From a virus (lineage: Duplodnaviria > Caudoviricetes), in IMG/VR virus record IMGVR_UViG_3300014169_000023, positions 1 to 24,757 of that record: a stretch of DNA of 24,757 nt. One strand, given 5' to 3'. Below, piece by piece: positions 5,761-14,940 of the stretch (position 1 is the first letter of the stretch; each line of letters starts with the position of its first letter). The notes under the pieces are model-generated. The model was not told the origin of the DNA and made no database searches. It was given only the letters and a program-made list of their open reading frames with translations. Made by a program: the position numbers and the translations under genes.

Positions 5761-7803
5761 TCATTGCCATGTGACGAGCGCAGCACCGGCCGGCGTTTTC
5801 GGCTGTTTCCACGCTCCCCCGGTATAGAACCAAAATTGGCTGTTCGTGGTATCAAATACCATGGGCACAAGACCGGTGAAAGATGATGGCGTCCCGGTCG
5901 GTGTACCGGCGACAGTCGGGATGTAGAGGAACCCATCCGTTGCGCTGGTTGAAAGCGCCGCATTGCCAACTAGCACGGTCTGCGTTCCGCCCTTGAGGGT
6001 GAGCGCGGTTGATGAGGTATTCCGCGACGTGGCGGCCGCGCCAACGTTGGTAGTCTTAAAGATAAGATCGCCGCCATAAGTGGTAGACCCGCCCGCAGGC
6101 GTGCCGGTAGCTAGACCACCAAGGATTGTCCCGTTTGGAGAAGCGGTATTGGAATTGCCCGCCGCGACGCCCACCATAGACAGCGTAATGGGATTGGCCC
6201 CGGTGCCGTCCACTCCGCCGAACTGAAGTTGTGAAGTGGCCGGAGAACTTATCTGAGCGTTCGTCCGGCTCGTGAACGCTAGCTGCACGGCGTTATTAAT
6301 GGATACGTTACCATTGGAGGTAAACCCGTTGCTGAAAGTAATGACGCCCGATACTGTCTGCGCCGCCCCCAACGTCATCAACGTGTCGGTCACTGCCGGC
6401 ACCGTCATGGTGTAGTTGGTCGCCGACGCGTTCGCAGAGGTAAATGTCGTGTAGCCGGTAGACGAACCGAGCAGACGAACGTCAGAGTTTGTGAAGGTCT
6501 GAACGGCCGTGAAAGTCTGAGCGGTGCCCAGAAGCGCCACTGTGTCGGTCACAGCGGGGAACGTGAGAGTAAAATTGCTCGCCCCCGCGTTGGCCGACGT
6601 GAAGGTTGTATACCCCGTCGATGAGCCGAGGAGGCGGATGTCGGAGTTTGTGAAGGTCTGGACCGCCGTCCAGGTGTTGGCGTTACCCAAATTAAGCCCG
6701 GCAACGACAGCACCCGTCGTCGGGCTGATTGTCAACGTGCTGTTGGCGTTGGCCGTAACCGATGTAACGGCACCGCTGCCAGAGCCGCAGTCGCTACCGG
6801 TACCGGACAAAAGACCCGCAGTGTTTACGTGGACACACTGCGTCCCCGCGCTGGCCAGACCCGTCACAGTCAAGGCCGATAGGCCCGAACTTGTCCACGT
6901 CGTGCTGTCAGGGAGCGTTAAAGTACCAGTAGGAGAAGGGTTGGCAACCGGCAGATAGGCCGTGCTCGTGAAAGCATTGCTGCCGAGCGCTACGCCGGCC
7001 TGCTCGATCTTCGTAGCATTGATGCACCCTGCCCCGCAGTCGCCGCCGGTGACGGTCGGAGGGACGGTAACGCCGCCATCGTTCTCGATCTGGGCAACGG
7101 CAGCGGAAGTAAGGCTACCAGTTGGAGTATTGTAGAACGTAATGTGGGTCGGCGTAGATGTGCCGCTCCAGAGCGAGTCAGCGTAGATGCGAACCGACCC
7201 GGAAGACGCAGTCGTGAAAGCCGAACCGGTATAACCTAGACCTTGAAGATTGGTGATCAGCGAACCAGCGGCCGTCGCCGTAGGCGATGCAGCGGTTCCC
7301 TCCGACCGGCGGCCGGCAAAGTTGGACGCGGCGGCGAATGAATCGATCTCTACCCGGCCTGCTACGGTATCTGCACTTCCGAGCTGAAGGACTGTGCCAG
7401 CTATCGCAGTCGGCAGTGCGGCGGCGTTAAGATTAAACGACTGCGCACCGTTGATCTGCATGTCGCCAGCGCCGAAGATCATCGCGGTGCCGTTAGTAGT
7501 CACCCCCAACATGCCGCCGAACGCGCCGGCGTTGTTGTATTGGATCGAGTTTACGTTGCCGCCGGGCGTGCCACCGCTTCCACCGGCGCAAGTATAGGGG
7601 GCAAGAATATAAGCGTTCCCACCAACGGACGACATGCCCAAGCAACTGTTATTGTCGGCGCCCCCATCGGCGCTATATACGACCGTCGGGACGCCGACAA
7701 GCGCGGCATTGTCGGTATATAAGACGGGATCCCCACCCGAAATTTGCGCAAAAGCGCATACCGGGAACATAAATGCCGTTGAGGCTAATAGGGCGCGCTT
7801 CAT
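5761..7803 (-). CDS. Tail-fibre/adhesin-like Gly/Thr/Ser-rich protein with N-terminal signal peptide
   Basis: AGGAG SD. Fibre-type motifs include SIQYNNAGAFGG, FAGRRSEGTAASPT and C-terminal ALSTSATDGFLYIPTVAGTPTGTP...PMVFDTTNSQFWFYTGGAWK. Contains an internal 53-aa tandem repeat. Confidence 0.8.
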   Translation of the reverse strand: MKRALLASTAFMFPVCAFAQISGGDPVLYTDNAALVGVPTVVYSADGGADNNSCLGMSSVGGNAYILAPYTCAGGSGGTPGGNVNSIQYNNAGAFGGMLGVTTNGTAMIFGAGDMQINGAQSFNLNAAALPTAIAGTVLQLGSADTVAGRVEIDSFAAASNFAGRRSEGTAASPTATAAGSLITNLQGLGYTGSAFTTASSGSVRIYADSLWSGTSTPTHITFYNTPTGSLTSAAVAQIENDGGVTVPPTVTGGDCGAGCINATKIEQAGVALGSNAFTSTAYLPVANPSPTGTLTLPDSTTWTSSGLSALTVTGLASAGTQCVHVNTAGLLSGTGSDCGSGSGAVTSVTANANSTLTISPTTGAVVAGLNLGNANTWTAVQTFTNSDIRLLGSSTGYTTFTSANAGASNFTLTFPAVTDTVALLGTAQTFTAVQTFTNSDVRLLGSSTGYTTFTSANASATNYTMTVPAVTDTLMTLGAAQTVSGVITFSNGFTSNGNVSINNAVQLAFTSRTNAQISSPATSQLQFGGVDGTGANPITLSMVGVAAGNSNTASPNGTILGGLATGTPAGGSTTYGGDLIFKTTNVGAAATSRNTSSTALTLKGGTQTVLVGNAALSTSATDGFLYIPTVAGTPTGTPSSFTGLVPMVFDTTNSQFWFYTGGAWKQPKTPAGAALVTWQ
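6352..6669 (-). repeat. Two tandem 159-bp (53-aa) repeats within the fibre gene
   Basis: TAVQTFTNSD(I/V)RLLGSSTGYTTFTSANA...PAVTDT...LG.AQT occurs twice. GAGTTTGTGAAGGTCTG is found at 6485 and 6644, 159 nt apart. Confidence 0.9.
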
Positions 7804-7813
7804 GACATGGCTC

Positions 7814-8185
7814 CTAATTTAGGAAATTCGTCACTGTGTAGAAGAGGAAACCATTCACATTGTTATTAACCCCCGTCCCATTAACGACTTGAAACGAGGC
7901 GTTTACAGCACATTCGAACCAAGCGTTGCCGTCAAAGGGGAAAAATAAAGTTGCACCAGAATTAAGATTGAAAGCGCCGTTGAACACGTTTCCAGCGCCG
8001 TCTTGGAACACAAGCGTAGATAGAACCGTATTTGCCACCAGAAGTCTGTGCACCCTGATGTATAAGCCCGCCCCCGGCGCCGCTATCAGCGTCGCCGTGC
8101 CGCCCGAGGCAATGTTTCCCGTCGCCACGGAAATCGCGGTGAGCTTCCCGGCGCCTTCACGTGGACTGAGGTTAAATCCGGCCAT
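7814..8185 (-). CDS. Small beta-rich (jelly-roll-like) putative virion protein
   Basis: GGAAGGG upstream. Pattern LIAAPGAGLYIRV...LVFQDG...GAFNL...PFDGNAWFEC. GC content is lower than in the flanks. Confidence 0.7.
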   Translation of the reverse strand: MAGFNLSPREGAGKLTAISVATGNIASGGTATLIAAPGAGLYIRVHRLLVANTVLSTLVFQDGAGNVFNGAFNLNSGATLFFPFDGNAWFECAVNASFQVVNGTGVNNNVNGFLFYTVTNFLN

Positions 8186-8202
8186 GTCACCATGCCCTTC
8201 CC

Positions 8203-8601
8203 TTAGACCACGGCCGGAACGATCTGGATTGAGGTAAGGACCTGCGGTGCAGCGTCAACCGTCACGGCCAGCGTCGCCGAAAAGGCCACGTTGTCCACCG
8301 TCAGAGACAGATTTACCACGTCGGAACCGGGTGCGATCGCCAGTTCCGTCGCGGTGAGTCCACCGCCCGCCACTGTCAGCGTACCGACGCTGGTCGAAGT
8401 GTTGGTCCACGTCGGCGGAGTGTCCGGCGTCGGAGGGGTGAGCATGGGGTTGCCGTTCGCATCGAGGTACGCAATCGTCATGTTGACGTTGTGACCTACA
8501 TTCACTGTAACTGCCATTTCGAGCCTCATTCCGGGTATTAGGGTTACCCCCACGCCGTCCACGGTAAACACGACGTGAGAAACTTTGGGTTTATGCTCCA
8601 C
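8203..8601 (-). CDS. Ig-like beta-sandwich putative virion protein
   Basis: Val/Thr-rich strands: IAYLDANGNP...PPTWTNTS...VGTLTV. Start uncertain: GTG 8601 near the upstream stop, or ATG 8517 with GAGG. Confidence 0.65.
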   Translation of the reverse strand: MEHKPKVSHVVFTVDGVGVTLIPGMRLEMAVTVNVGHNVNMTIAYLDANGNPMLTPPTPDTPPTWTNTSTSVGTLTVAGGGLTATELAIAPGSDVVNLSLTVDNVAFSATLAVTVDAAPQVLTSIQIVPAVV

Positions 8602-8959
8602 GTGAGTAGAGCCAAACGATCGGGATGACCACCAGGGTGTCATAAATCACCGTCAGGATCAGTTGCATCACTGTCGGGTTCGTCGTCATCGACCACGCCA
8701 ACAAGAGTGCCCCTGCGAGGGCCAGAAGCAGCAACATCCGGGTCGCCGTGATCGCCGCTGCGGCTGCTATTACCGCCGTTACCGTGGTCAGGAAGGCGGC
8801 GCTTGAGTTTGTCGTGTTCGGGGCCGCCACGCTCGATGGCGACGGCGCGGGCGATGCCGCGGCCGAACTTTGAACCTGGCGCTCCGAAATCAGGCGGACC
8901 TTCGGACGGCTCACCGCCTCGTAAACGCTGTCTGAGGGTATCGAGTCCGATTGAGGCAT
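8591..8959 (-). CDS. Multi-pass membrane protein (holin-like topology), largely nested in the upstream gene
   Basis: A perfect GGAGG lies 6 nt before ATG 8959. Two to three hydrophobic helices in the C-terminal half. Confidence 0.7.
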   Translation of the reverse strand: MPQSDSIPSDSVYEAVSRPKVRLISERQVQSSAAASPAPSPSSVAAPNTTNSSAAFLTTVTAVIAAAAAITATRMLLLLALAGALLLAWSMTTNPTVMQLILTVIYDTLVVIPIVWLYSRGA

Positions 8960-9161
8960 CAACATCCTCCAGGCGGTTCTTGGCGACGATCCACTTCGTC
9001 ACGGCGTCGGCGATCCGCAGCTTTTCGCCGGTGGTAAGCAGCGATTTTCCAGTATCCTTGTTTTTCTTATCTTCTTTGGCCTCTAAAAGCAAGTTTGAGA
9101 TGAAGGCATCCATATGAATGGCAATCATATCCGATTTACCACGGCGGGAACGTTTAGCCAC
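8640..9161 (-). CDS. Hypothetical helical protein with long Gly/acidic tail overlapping the membrane-protein gene
   Basis: AGGA 6 nt before GTG 9161, which lies 4 nt after the upstream stop. Helical N-terminal half (EKLRIADAVTKWIVAKNRLED). Confidence 0.65.
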   Translation of the reverse strand: MAKRSRRGKSDMIAIHMDAFISNLLLEAKEDKKNKDTGKSLLTTGEKLRIADAVTKWIVAKNRLEDVDASIGLDTLRQRLRGGEPSEGPPDFGAPGSKFGRGIARAVAIERGGPEHDKLKRRLPDHGNGGNSSRSGDHGDPDVAASGPRRGTLVGVVDDDEPDSDATDPDGDL

Positions 9162-9165
9162 ACTT

Positions 9166-11460
9166 TCAATCCTTTCGACGTGCGTTAACGGACGCGAACC
9201 CGATCCGGTCCAACTCTCCCGCGGCTTCCATTTCTGCCCTGACTTTAGCTTGGCGGGCTTCTTGTGCGGCTAATTTCTTCTTGTATGCCGCTTCCAGTCG
9301 CTCAATAGCGCGTTGCTCTGCCGTCAGTTGTTCCGAAGTCGCCTTGGCAGGAGCGGCTTTCGCGGCGGCCGGCGCCTCGGTCGCGGCCTCCCCGCGGCGA
9401 AGACCGGCCGACGAAAACCCTATCCGTTCCGGCGGACCGCCCATGACGCCAAGCGCTGCATTGGCCGCTGGGCCGGATAGGGTTTCACCGATTCGCTTGC
9501 TCCATCCCGGCGTCTCAATACCACGAGCATTGGCAACACCTTGCAGCCCCCCGGACGCAAAGGCTGACAGCATATCCATGATCCCGGTGGACGGCCCAGC
9601 ATCCGACGCCTTGTCCAGATACTGTTGTTCCGGGTTTGGCCTAGTGCCGCCGACAAGGCCGCCGCGGATGGCCGCTGCCAGCGTTGGATTGGGCGGGCGA
9701 TACATCGCAGCCGGCGCGGTAAGTTGCTTCGCCATGTCAGGCTTGATCGGTGTGGCAAACAGGATGCGCGATATTTCCTCGTTTAGCTTTGGATTTGGCC
9801 GCAGTCCCACGTCGCGGTAAAGCCGGATAGCGTTCTTGGCCGCCGATAGCCACCGCCCCGTCGCAACGTTCTCGGCAATGTGCGCGCCGCCAGCCGCCAG
9901 CATATTTTCACCGGACTGATCTTCGGCAAGACGGCGGGCAGTCTGTGACCCTCCGAGCGTTTCAAACTTGGTGCCGAACATTTGCCGCTCTTGCGTAACC
10001 GCATCCACGAAGGCGTCGAATTCGGCTGGCGTGCGGAAGATCGGCTTCAGTTGGTCGCGCATCCACTGGTTCTTGATGAGCGACTTGGCTTCATCGCCAG
10101 AAAGCCCGGTTTTTGCCATGCGCTCCCGGATTGCGTCCGCCACGCCGAGCCGATAGAATTCCTGGTTGCCCGCGCCAAGCCCACCGAATTCCGCCGCTAT
10201 CTCTTCTGGGCTGCGCTGGAACAGCGTTCGCCCCTGCCGTACCGCGTCAAGTGATTGCGACGGCCCCGCCCATGCCGCGCGAGCCTTGGCATATTCGGGG
10301 TTCATCTTGTCGAGTTCGTCAACGTAAGAACGGCGAACGCGGTCGAGCATCACCCCTCGCTGCGAGAGCCGCCCCGTGATGGCGTCGCGCTCACCGTCGA
10401 TCATCGCGTCAAGCCCGCGCTTCACGGCATCAAGCGTTCTCATGTTCGCGCCGGGTGGGGATGGCTTGTACGGCAACCCGGCCGCTAAGGCCTCAAGCCG
10501 TTGGCTTTCAATACCGGCCGCCATGCCTTTCTTGACGGTCGGATCGGCGAGGAAAAGCTTAATCTGTGGTGTTTCTGGAATTGGGGCAGCCATCGCCACT
10601 TCGTACAGTGGATTTGCGGCCTTTGACCGCGCCCGAATCAAATCCTCCGTCGTCTTGTGCATGGACGGACCGCCGGAAATGTACTTGGAGATATCCTGGC
10701 CCAGTCGGGCCGCAGCGCCTTCGTCACGCTGATTGAGGAATTGCGAGGCAATGTTGCGGCTTTCACCGGGCTGGCGCGCCACATTCCCGGCAAGGCCCTT
10801 GACGTTCTCCCCGCCCACGTCGGCGAGCGTCATGGGCTTGCCCTTCGCCGCGGCGTCGTTGACGCGCGTAATGGCGTCCTGGGCCGTCAATCCGCCGCCC
10901 TTCACGTCCTGTTCGAAGCGCTGCGCTACCTTGGACGCCGCCTGTGCGGGGATGTCAGGACCGGCCTTGATCGCTGCGATCTTGCTCGCCCCGGCGCCGG
11001 CCAGTCCCCCGCCTGCCGCACCGCCGATGATCCTTCCAAGCAACGAGTCGTTTGTGAGTTGCCCGCCGGCCTCGGAACCAATGCCGCCAATCACCGCCGC
11101 GGCCGCCTTGCCAAGCAATCCACCCGGCCCAACGTAGGATGCCGGATTGCCGAGCGACTCACCGATCGCGGTGCCCCATTTGCCGCCGGACGGCAGTTTT
11201 CCAGTGACATTCTGCTCGATCAGGCGCGTGCTCTCCGCCTGCCCCGGCACGCCCTCCATGCCCTGCTGGCCGGCCTCTGCCTGCCCCAGCGCGGAGGCCG
11301 CGCCCATGGCGCCGCTCACGATCCCGCGGGGGATCGACTTCACCTCGTTCCACAACCGTCCGAGCGTCGATACCTCCGCAGGTTTTTGCTGAGACGGTTT
11401 GAAATCCTCCCACGGCCCGGACGCGGCTTGCGGGGCAAAATCCTCCCACGGCCCAGCCAT
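9166..11460 (-). CDS. Large internal virion / DNA-ejection protein
   Basis: Start reassigned to ATG 11460 (TAATG coupling). N-terminal GPWEDF occurs twice, followed by a Gly/Ala hydrophobic segment and a long helical body. Third of three consecutive Ala/Gly/Gln-rich genes after the tail genes. Confidence 0.75.
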   Translation of the reverse strand: MAGPWEDFAPQAASGPWEDFKPSQQKPAEVSTLGRLWNEVKSIPRGIVSGAMGAASALGQAEAGQQGMEGVPGQAESTRLIEQNVTGKLPSGGKWGTAIGESLGNPASYVGPGGLLGKAAAAVIGGIGSEAGGQLTNDSLLGRIIGGAAGGGLAGAGASKIAAIKAGPDIPAQAASKVAQRFEQDVKGGGLTAQDAITRVNDAAAKGKPMTLADVGGENVKGLAGNVARQPGESRNIASQFLNQRDEGAAARLGQDISKYISGGPSMHKTTEDLIRARSKAANPLYEVAMAAPIPETPQIKLFLADPTVKKGMAAGIESQRLEALAAGLPYKPSPPGANMRTLDAVKRGLDAMIDGERDAITGRLSQRGVMLDRVRRSYVDELDKMNPEYAKARAAWAGPSQSLDAVRQGRTLFQRSPEEIAAEFGGLGAGNQEFYRLGVADAIRERMAKTGLSGDEAKSLIKNQWMRDQLKPIFRTPAEFDAFVDAVTQERQMFGTKFETLGGSQTARRLAEDQSGENMLAAGGAHIAENVATGRWLSAAKNAIRLYRDVGLRPNPKLNEEISRILFATPIKPDMAKQLTAPAAMYRPPNPTLAAAIRGGLVGGTRPNPEQQYLDKASDAGPSTGIMDMLSAFASGGLQGVANARGIETPGWSKRIGETLSGPAANAALGVMGGPPERIGFSSAGLRRGEAATEAPAAAKAAPAKATSEQLTAEQRAIERLEAAYKKKLAAQEARQAKVRAEMEAAGELDRIGFASVNARRKD

Positions 11461-12881
11461 TACACCTTCTCCCAACTGCTTTGTTGCGCCGGATCACCGC
11501 CCTTGAACCGATAGCCCTTTCGGACCTCACCAACCGCAGGACCGGCAGGGGCGGCGCTGATACCGCCCGTGTTGCCGGTGCCAAGCCCTTGTTCGGCCTT
11601 TTGACGCTGGATCGCCCTATGCATTACCTGCGCTTCAACGCCAAGCTGATCGAGCGCCGCGTTGTACACCTCGGGACTGTCCGCCTTCGACACGATCGAG
11701 CGTGCGTACTCGATATCGCTTTCGCGCAACACACCCTGCGGATTGATCGTGCGAGCGTAATCCTTCACGGCCGTATCTGTAGCAATCAAAAGCCGGCGCA
11801 CGGCAGGATCGCCCGACTCGGTCTGGCCTCGCTGGATCAACTCATTGATCGCCCGCCACTGCCCGCGCGGAACGGCTTCGGATGCAGCTTTGGCGATCGG
11901 AATGGATTCCTCCATTGCCTTTTCGGCAACGCCAAACTTTGTTTCGACTGTACCAAGAGCGCGCGCCGCCGATGTCTTGTTTGCCTTGTCAACCGAGTAG
12001 TCAGACTCCTTGTAACCGGGATTAATCTCCATGACGCGCGCCATAGTAGCGCGATCCTGCGGCTGGCGCGGATTGGCTATACCGGGCAACTGCCCCTTGG
12101 CGATGGCCTGCGCCCGACTCTCCAGTACGGCTTGCTGATCGGGCGTAAGACCGGCCCGGATTTCGGCCAATTCCTTCTGTTGGGCAAACCGCGCACCCGC
12201 TTCCGTGAGCTTGTCAGCGGCCTGCTCGCGCGCGTGCATGATCTCAAAGACCCGCTGAACATTACCGGAAGATGTAGCAGCAATCATCATTTGGTCCTGA
12301 TTGGCGGCAGCAATAGCTTGCATCCGGGCGGCTTTGTCAGCAATGGAAAGTCTGGAATTCTCCATCACTGCTTTGTAGCGTTCCATTTCAATGGCGTTTT
12401 GCTTCTGTGCGTAATCCATAGAAGCTTTCCATTGTTCAAGATGCAAATCGGCCACTTCCTTTTGACCGTTTTTAAACCCCTCCATGGCCGCGGCACCGGC
12501 CTTCAAGGCCGCTGTCATCGGGGCGCGCGTGAAGATCGAGCCGAGCGCGGCCAAAAGTACGGCCGGCGATTGGAAAACCTGCATCGTGTCTTGGTATTCA
12601 AACTTTGGGGGCGGGGTGACGTTCTGCAGCTTGGGCACGCCGGGAATGGCGACGTGCTGCTGCGCCATTTGGTCGTGTTGCGCCTGCGAAGCCTTAAGCC
12701 GCGCGGTGGTTTCCTCGGCCACTTTGTTCTGGTTGGCGAGCGCGGCCTCTACATCGGCTTGCGATGCACCCTTGATATCCGGGCGCGGCGTGAGGCCCGG
12801 CGCCTTGACTACCTCCGCCGCCGACGTGGGGCCGGTGGCGGGAAGCGTGTCTGGCTTTTCGAGAACGTCGGTGTCAGCCAT
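11460..12881 (-). CDS. Internal virion / DNA-ejection protein
   Basis: Ala/Gln-rich helical protein ending in PAVGEVRKGYRFKGGDPAQQSSWEKV, a C-terminal motif I recognise from podovirus ejection proteins. Synteny agrees. Confidence 0.72.
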   Translation of the reverse strand: MADTDVLEKPDTLPATGPTSAAEVVKAPGLTPRPDIKGASQADVEAALANQNKVAEETTARLKASQAQHDQMAQQHVAIPGVPKLQNVTPPPKFEYQDTMQVFQSPAVLLAALGSIFTRAPMTAALKAGAAAMEGFKNGQKEVADLHLEQWKASMDYAQKQNAIEMERYKAVMENSRLSIADKAARMQAIAAANQDQMMIAATSSGNVQRVFEIMHAREQAADKLTEAGARFAQQKELAEIRAGLTPDQQAVLESRAQAIAKGQLPGIANPRQPQDRATMARVMEINPGYKESDYSVDKANKTSAARALGTVETKFGVAEKAMEESIPIAKAASEAVPRGQWRAINELIQRGQTESGDPAVRRLLIATDTAVKDYARTINPQGVLRESDIEYARSIVSKADSPEVYNAALDQLGVEAQVMHRAIQRQKAEQGLGTGNTGGISAAPAGPAVGEVRKGYRFKGGDPAQQSSWEKV

Positions 12882-12882
12882 G

Positions 12883-14106
12883 TCACGTTGTCGCAGTCTT
12901 CACGGCGTTGGTCGCCAGCCCACGCCCCACACCGCCGCCGATCGCGCCCGTGAACGACGCGATAGCGTTCTGCAACGCGGTGTCCTGCGAGATTTGCGCC
13001 TGCGTGAGGTCGTTGTAGATCGTCCCCTCGAGGCCAAGGTCCTGCGTCGCTTGGTTCCCCGCCTGGATGCCCGTTTGAGCCATCTGCTGGGCGATCGTGA
13101 ACGTCATTTGCTGGGCTTGGCTTTGGGCCTCGGAAATTGCCGCCTGTTCCGCGGTCGACCCCGTCAATCCAAGATTGGCATACTTCGACTTGATCGACGT
13201 GATGCTGTCGTTAAGAGCCTGAGTTACCTGCGCCTGGGCGCCTGCCGGGAGAACGCCGGTCGTCAACGGGGCCTCGAGCGCGCCCGCGTAAGCGTTGGCG
13301 TTGCCCGCCGCGGTGCTGGCCTGATTCGCGACGCCCGTCAGTGCCGCTTGATTTGGGATCGATCCGGTGAGACCAAGCTTTGCCAGCAACGGCGCCGCAA
13401 GGTTTGCCGCGAGGCCCGCGCCGCCGAGTGTAAGTGCCCCGGAATTGCTTTTGAGGTAGCTGCCGATCTGGCCCAACGTGGTCGTGTCGCTGCCAGCGGC
13501 CGGCGTCGCGGAGGACGGAAGCGTGGTGCCGTAGTCGCCAGTGATGCCGGTGCTCGCCGTAAAGTCCGACCCGCCTGTGCCGAACGATCCGGCCGGCGTG
13601 CCGCTGCCAGGATCAAGCACACCGCCGGTGCTGGAAAGGCTTCCAAACGGGGTTGATACAGGCGTATTGGCCGTTGCGGGCGATGCAATCGGCGTCGGCG
13701 TTTCACCGGTGTAAGCAAACGTCGCCGGGTCCTGCAGGGCCACCCCCGCCGCGTCCGGCACGCCATAGGCCGCCCCGGTGGGGGAAAGATCAGCCGCCGT
13801 GCTGGCGCCCGTCGCAAGGTCAGACCCGCTACCAAGGCCGAAGTAGCTCCCGACACTGCGGGCGGCATCGCTGATGCCAGAGCCGATGTTTCCTGCGGTG
13901 TCGCTGATTGCCGTGCCGGCCTCGCCAAACAGGTCGCCAACGGCCCCAAGGCCCCCGGCAAGGCCAAGCCCGCCCAGGCCCAAGGTGCCCGCGCCGATCG
14001 TCTCGGCGAGCTGGTCAGGGTGCGTGGCAAGCGATTCCGGGGCGTGCGTGATATCCGTGCCCAGGGAGCTGAAATTTCCTTTGAAGAGATCACTGAGGAA
14101 ACTCAT
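12883..14106 (-). CDS. Gly/Ala/Thr-rich internal virion / ejection protein (pilot-like)
   Basis: ATGA overlap. Gly-rich hydrophobic stretches and an Ala/Gln helical C-terminus (IKSKYANLGLTGSTAEQ). Synteny agrees. Confidence 0.7.
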   Translation of the reverse strand: MSFLSDLFKGNFSSLGTDITHAPESLATHPDQLAETIGAGTLGLGGLGLAGGLGAVGDLFGEAGTAISDTAGNIGSGISDAARSVGSYFGLGSGSDLATGASTAADLSPTGAAYGVPDAAGVALQDPATFAYTGETPTPIASPATANTPVSTPFGSLSSTGGVLDPGSGTPAGSFGTGGSDFTASTGITGDYGTTLPSSATPAAGSDTTTLGQIGSYLKSNSGALTLGGAGLAANLAAPLLAKLGLTGSIPNQAALTGVANQASTAAGNANAYAGALEAPLTTGVLPAGAQAQVTQALNDSITSIKSKYANLGLTGSTAEQAAISEAQSQAQQMTFTIAQQMAQTGIQAGNQATQDLGLEGTIYNDLTQAQISQDTALQNAIASFTGAIGGGVGRGLATNAVKTATT

Positions 14107-14687
14107 ATTCCTAACACCTTTCTAGCGGCGGCATGCTCGCTCGCATTTTGCCAAACCCAGCGTTGAATATCGTTCGGGTCTTTTGGATTGAGCGAACTGA
14201 GGTCCTGCCCATTGAGGCCTAAAGCCTCGTTGAAATCGTCATGTGCTTCCTGGTGTCTGCCAAGTATACCATCGGCATCATGTGAATTCCAGGGCGTCAT
14301 CACATACACCGTCAGGTTTTGCGAGAGGTCCGTTGTCATCGTTACCGTAAAAGTCGCGTTGTCCGCACCGGATGTCGCGCCGGTGGCGACAACTGTCGGC
14401 GCGGAAGCAAACCCGCTGCCTCCGGACACAAGGTCTACCGTTGACACAGCGGACCCCACCACAGTTCCCGTCGCCGATGCGCCCGACCCTGTCTTACCCT
14501 GAAATGCGAAGGTGAGGCTTTCACCGTTGGTGTAGCCGGACCCTCCGGATAAAAGCACTAGAGTGGCTATACTACCCTGGGCGGCCAATGCAGCCTGGAT
14601 TTCCTGATGATCGTGAATGTGGAAATCCCACCACTCTCGCCACTTGGAGAGGTCCTGCGGAGGCGACGATATGGTGGCAAGGGGCAT
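14103..14687 (-). CDS. His-motif helical virion-module protein with an inserted ~80-aa beta domain
   Basis: Start reassigned to ATG 14687. Helices with HIHDH, HQEAH and EH flank a GGSGY...APTV insert that is also found in the adaptor. Confidence 0.75.
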   Translation of the reverse strand: MPLATISSPPQDLSKWREWWDFHIHDHQEIQAALAAQGSIATLVLLSGGSGYTNGESLTFAFQGKTGSGASATGTVVGSAVSTVDLVSGGSGFASAPTVVATGATSGADNATFTVTMTTDLSQNLTVYVMTPWNSHDADGILGRHQEAHDDFNEALGLNGQDLSSLNPKDPNDIQRWVWQNASEHAAARKVLGI

Positions 14688-14692
14688 GTCAA

Positions 14693-14932
14693 TTACCGGA
14701 CGTGCTTGATGCCGCGCGTGACGGGTTTGCTCGTTGGGAGCACCGGAGCCCCGCCAAGCGACATGACGACGCGCTCGCCCCGCACGCCGCCGCGGTTGTC
14801 CAAGCTCTCGCCGCCCATGCCCCATTGCAGCCCGTTGGGGGTAACCTGCTCGGCATCGCCCTTGACAAGGTTGGCAAACGTGCCGGCACCGTGCTGGTCT
14901 CGCCCGTCCGATAGCGTCTTGTTCGTCTTCAT
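14693..14932 (-). CDS. Small hypothetical protein (79 aa)
   Basis: AGGAG SD upstream. It fills the gap between its neighbours exactly. Confidence 0.7.
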   Translation of the reverse strand: MKTNKTLSDGRDQHGAGTFANLVKGDAEQVTPNGLQWGMGGESLDNRGGVRGERVVMSLGGAPVLPTSKPVTRGIKHVR

Positions 14933-14940
14933 GGGTGCTC

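Noticed and set aside
11402-11454. 17-bp direct repeat AAATCCTCCCACGGCCC
   Set aside because: It simply encodes the duplicated GPWEDF N-terminal motif of the ejection protein.
11481-13656. Long + strand ORFs (490 aa and 390 aa) antisense to the ejection genes
   Set aside because: Shadow ORFs expected from GC-rich codon bias. Arg/Leu- or Ala/Ser-rich with no motifs or SD, and fully opposite well-supported genes.
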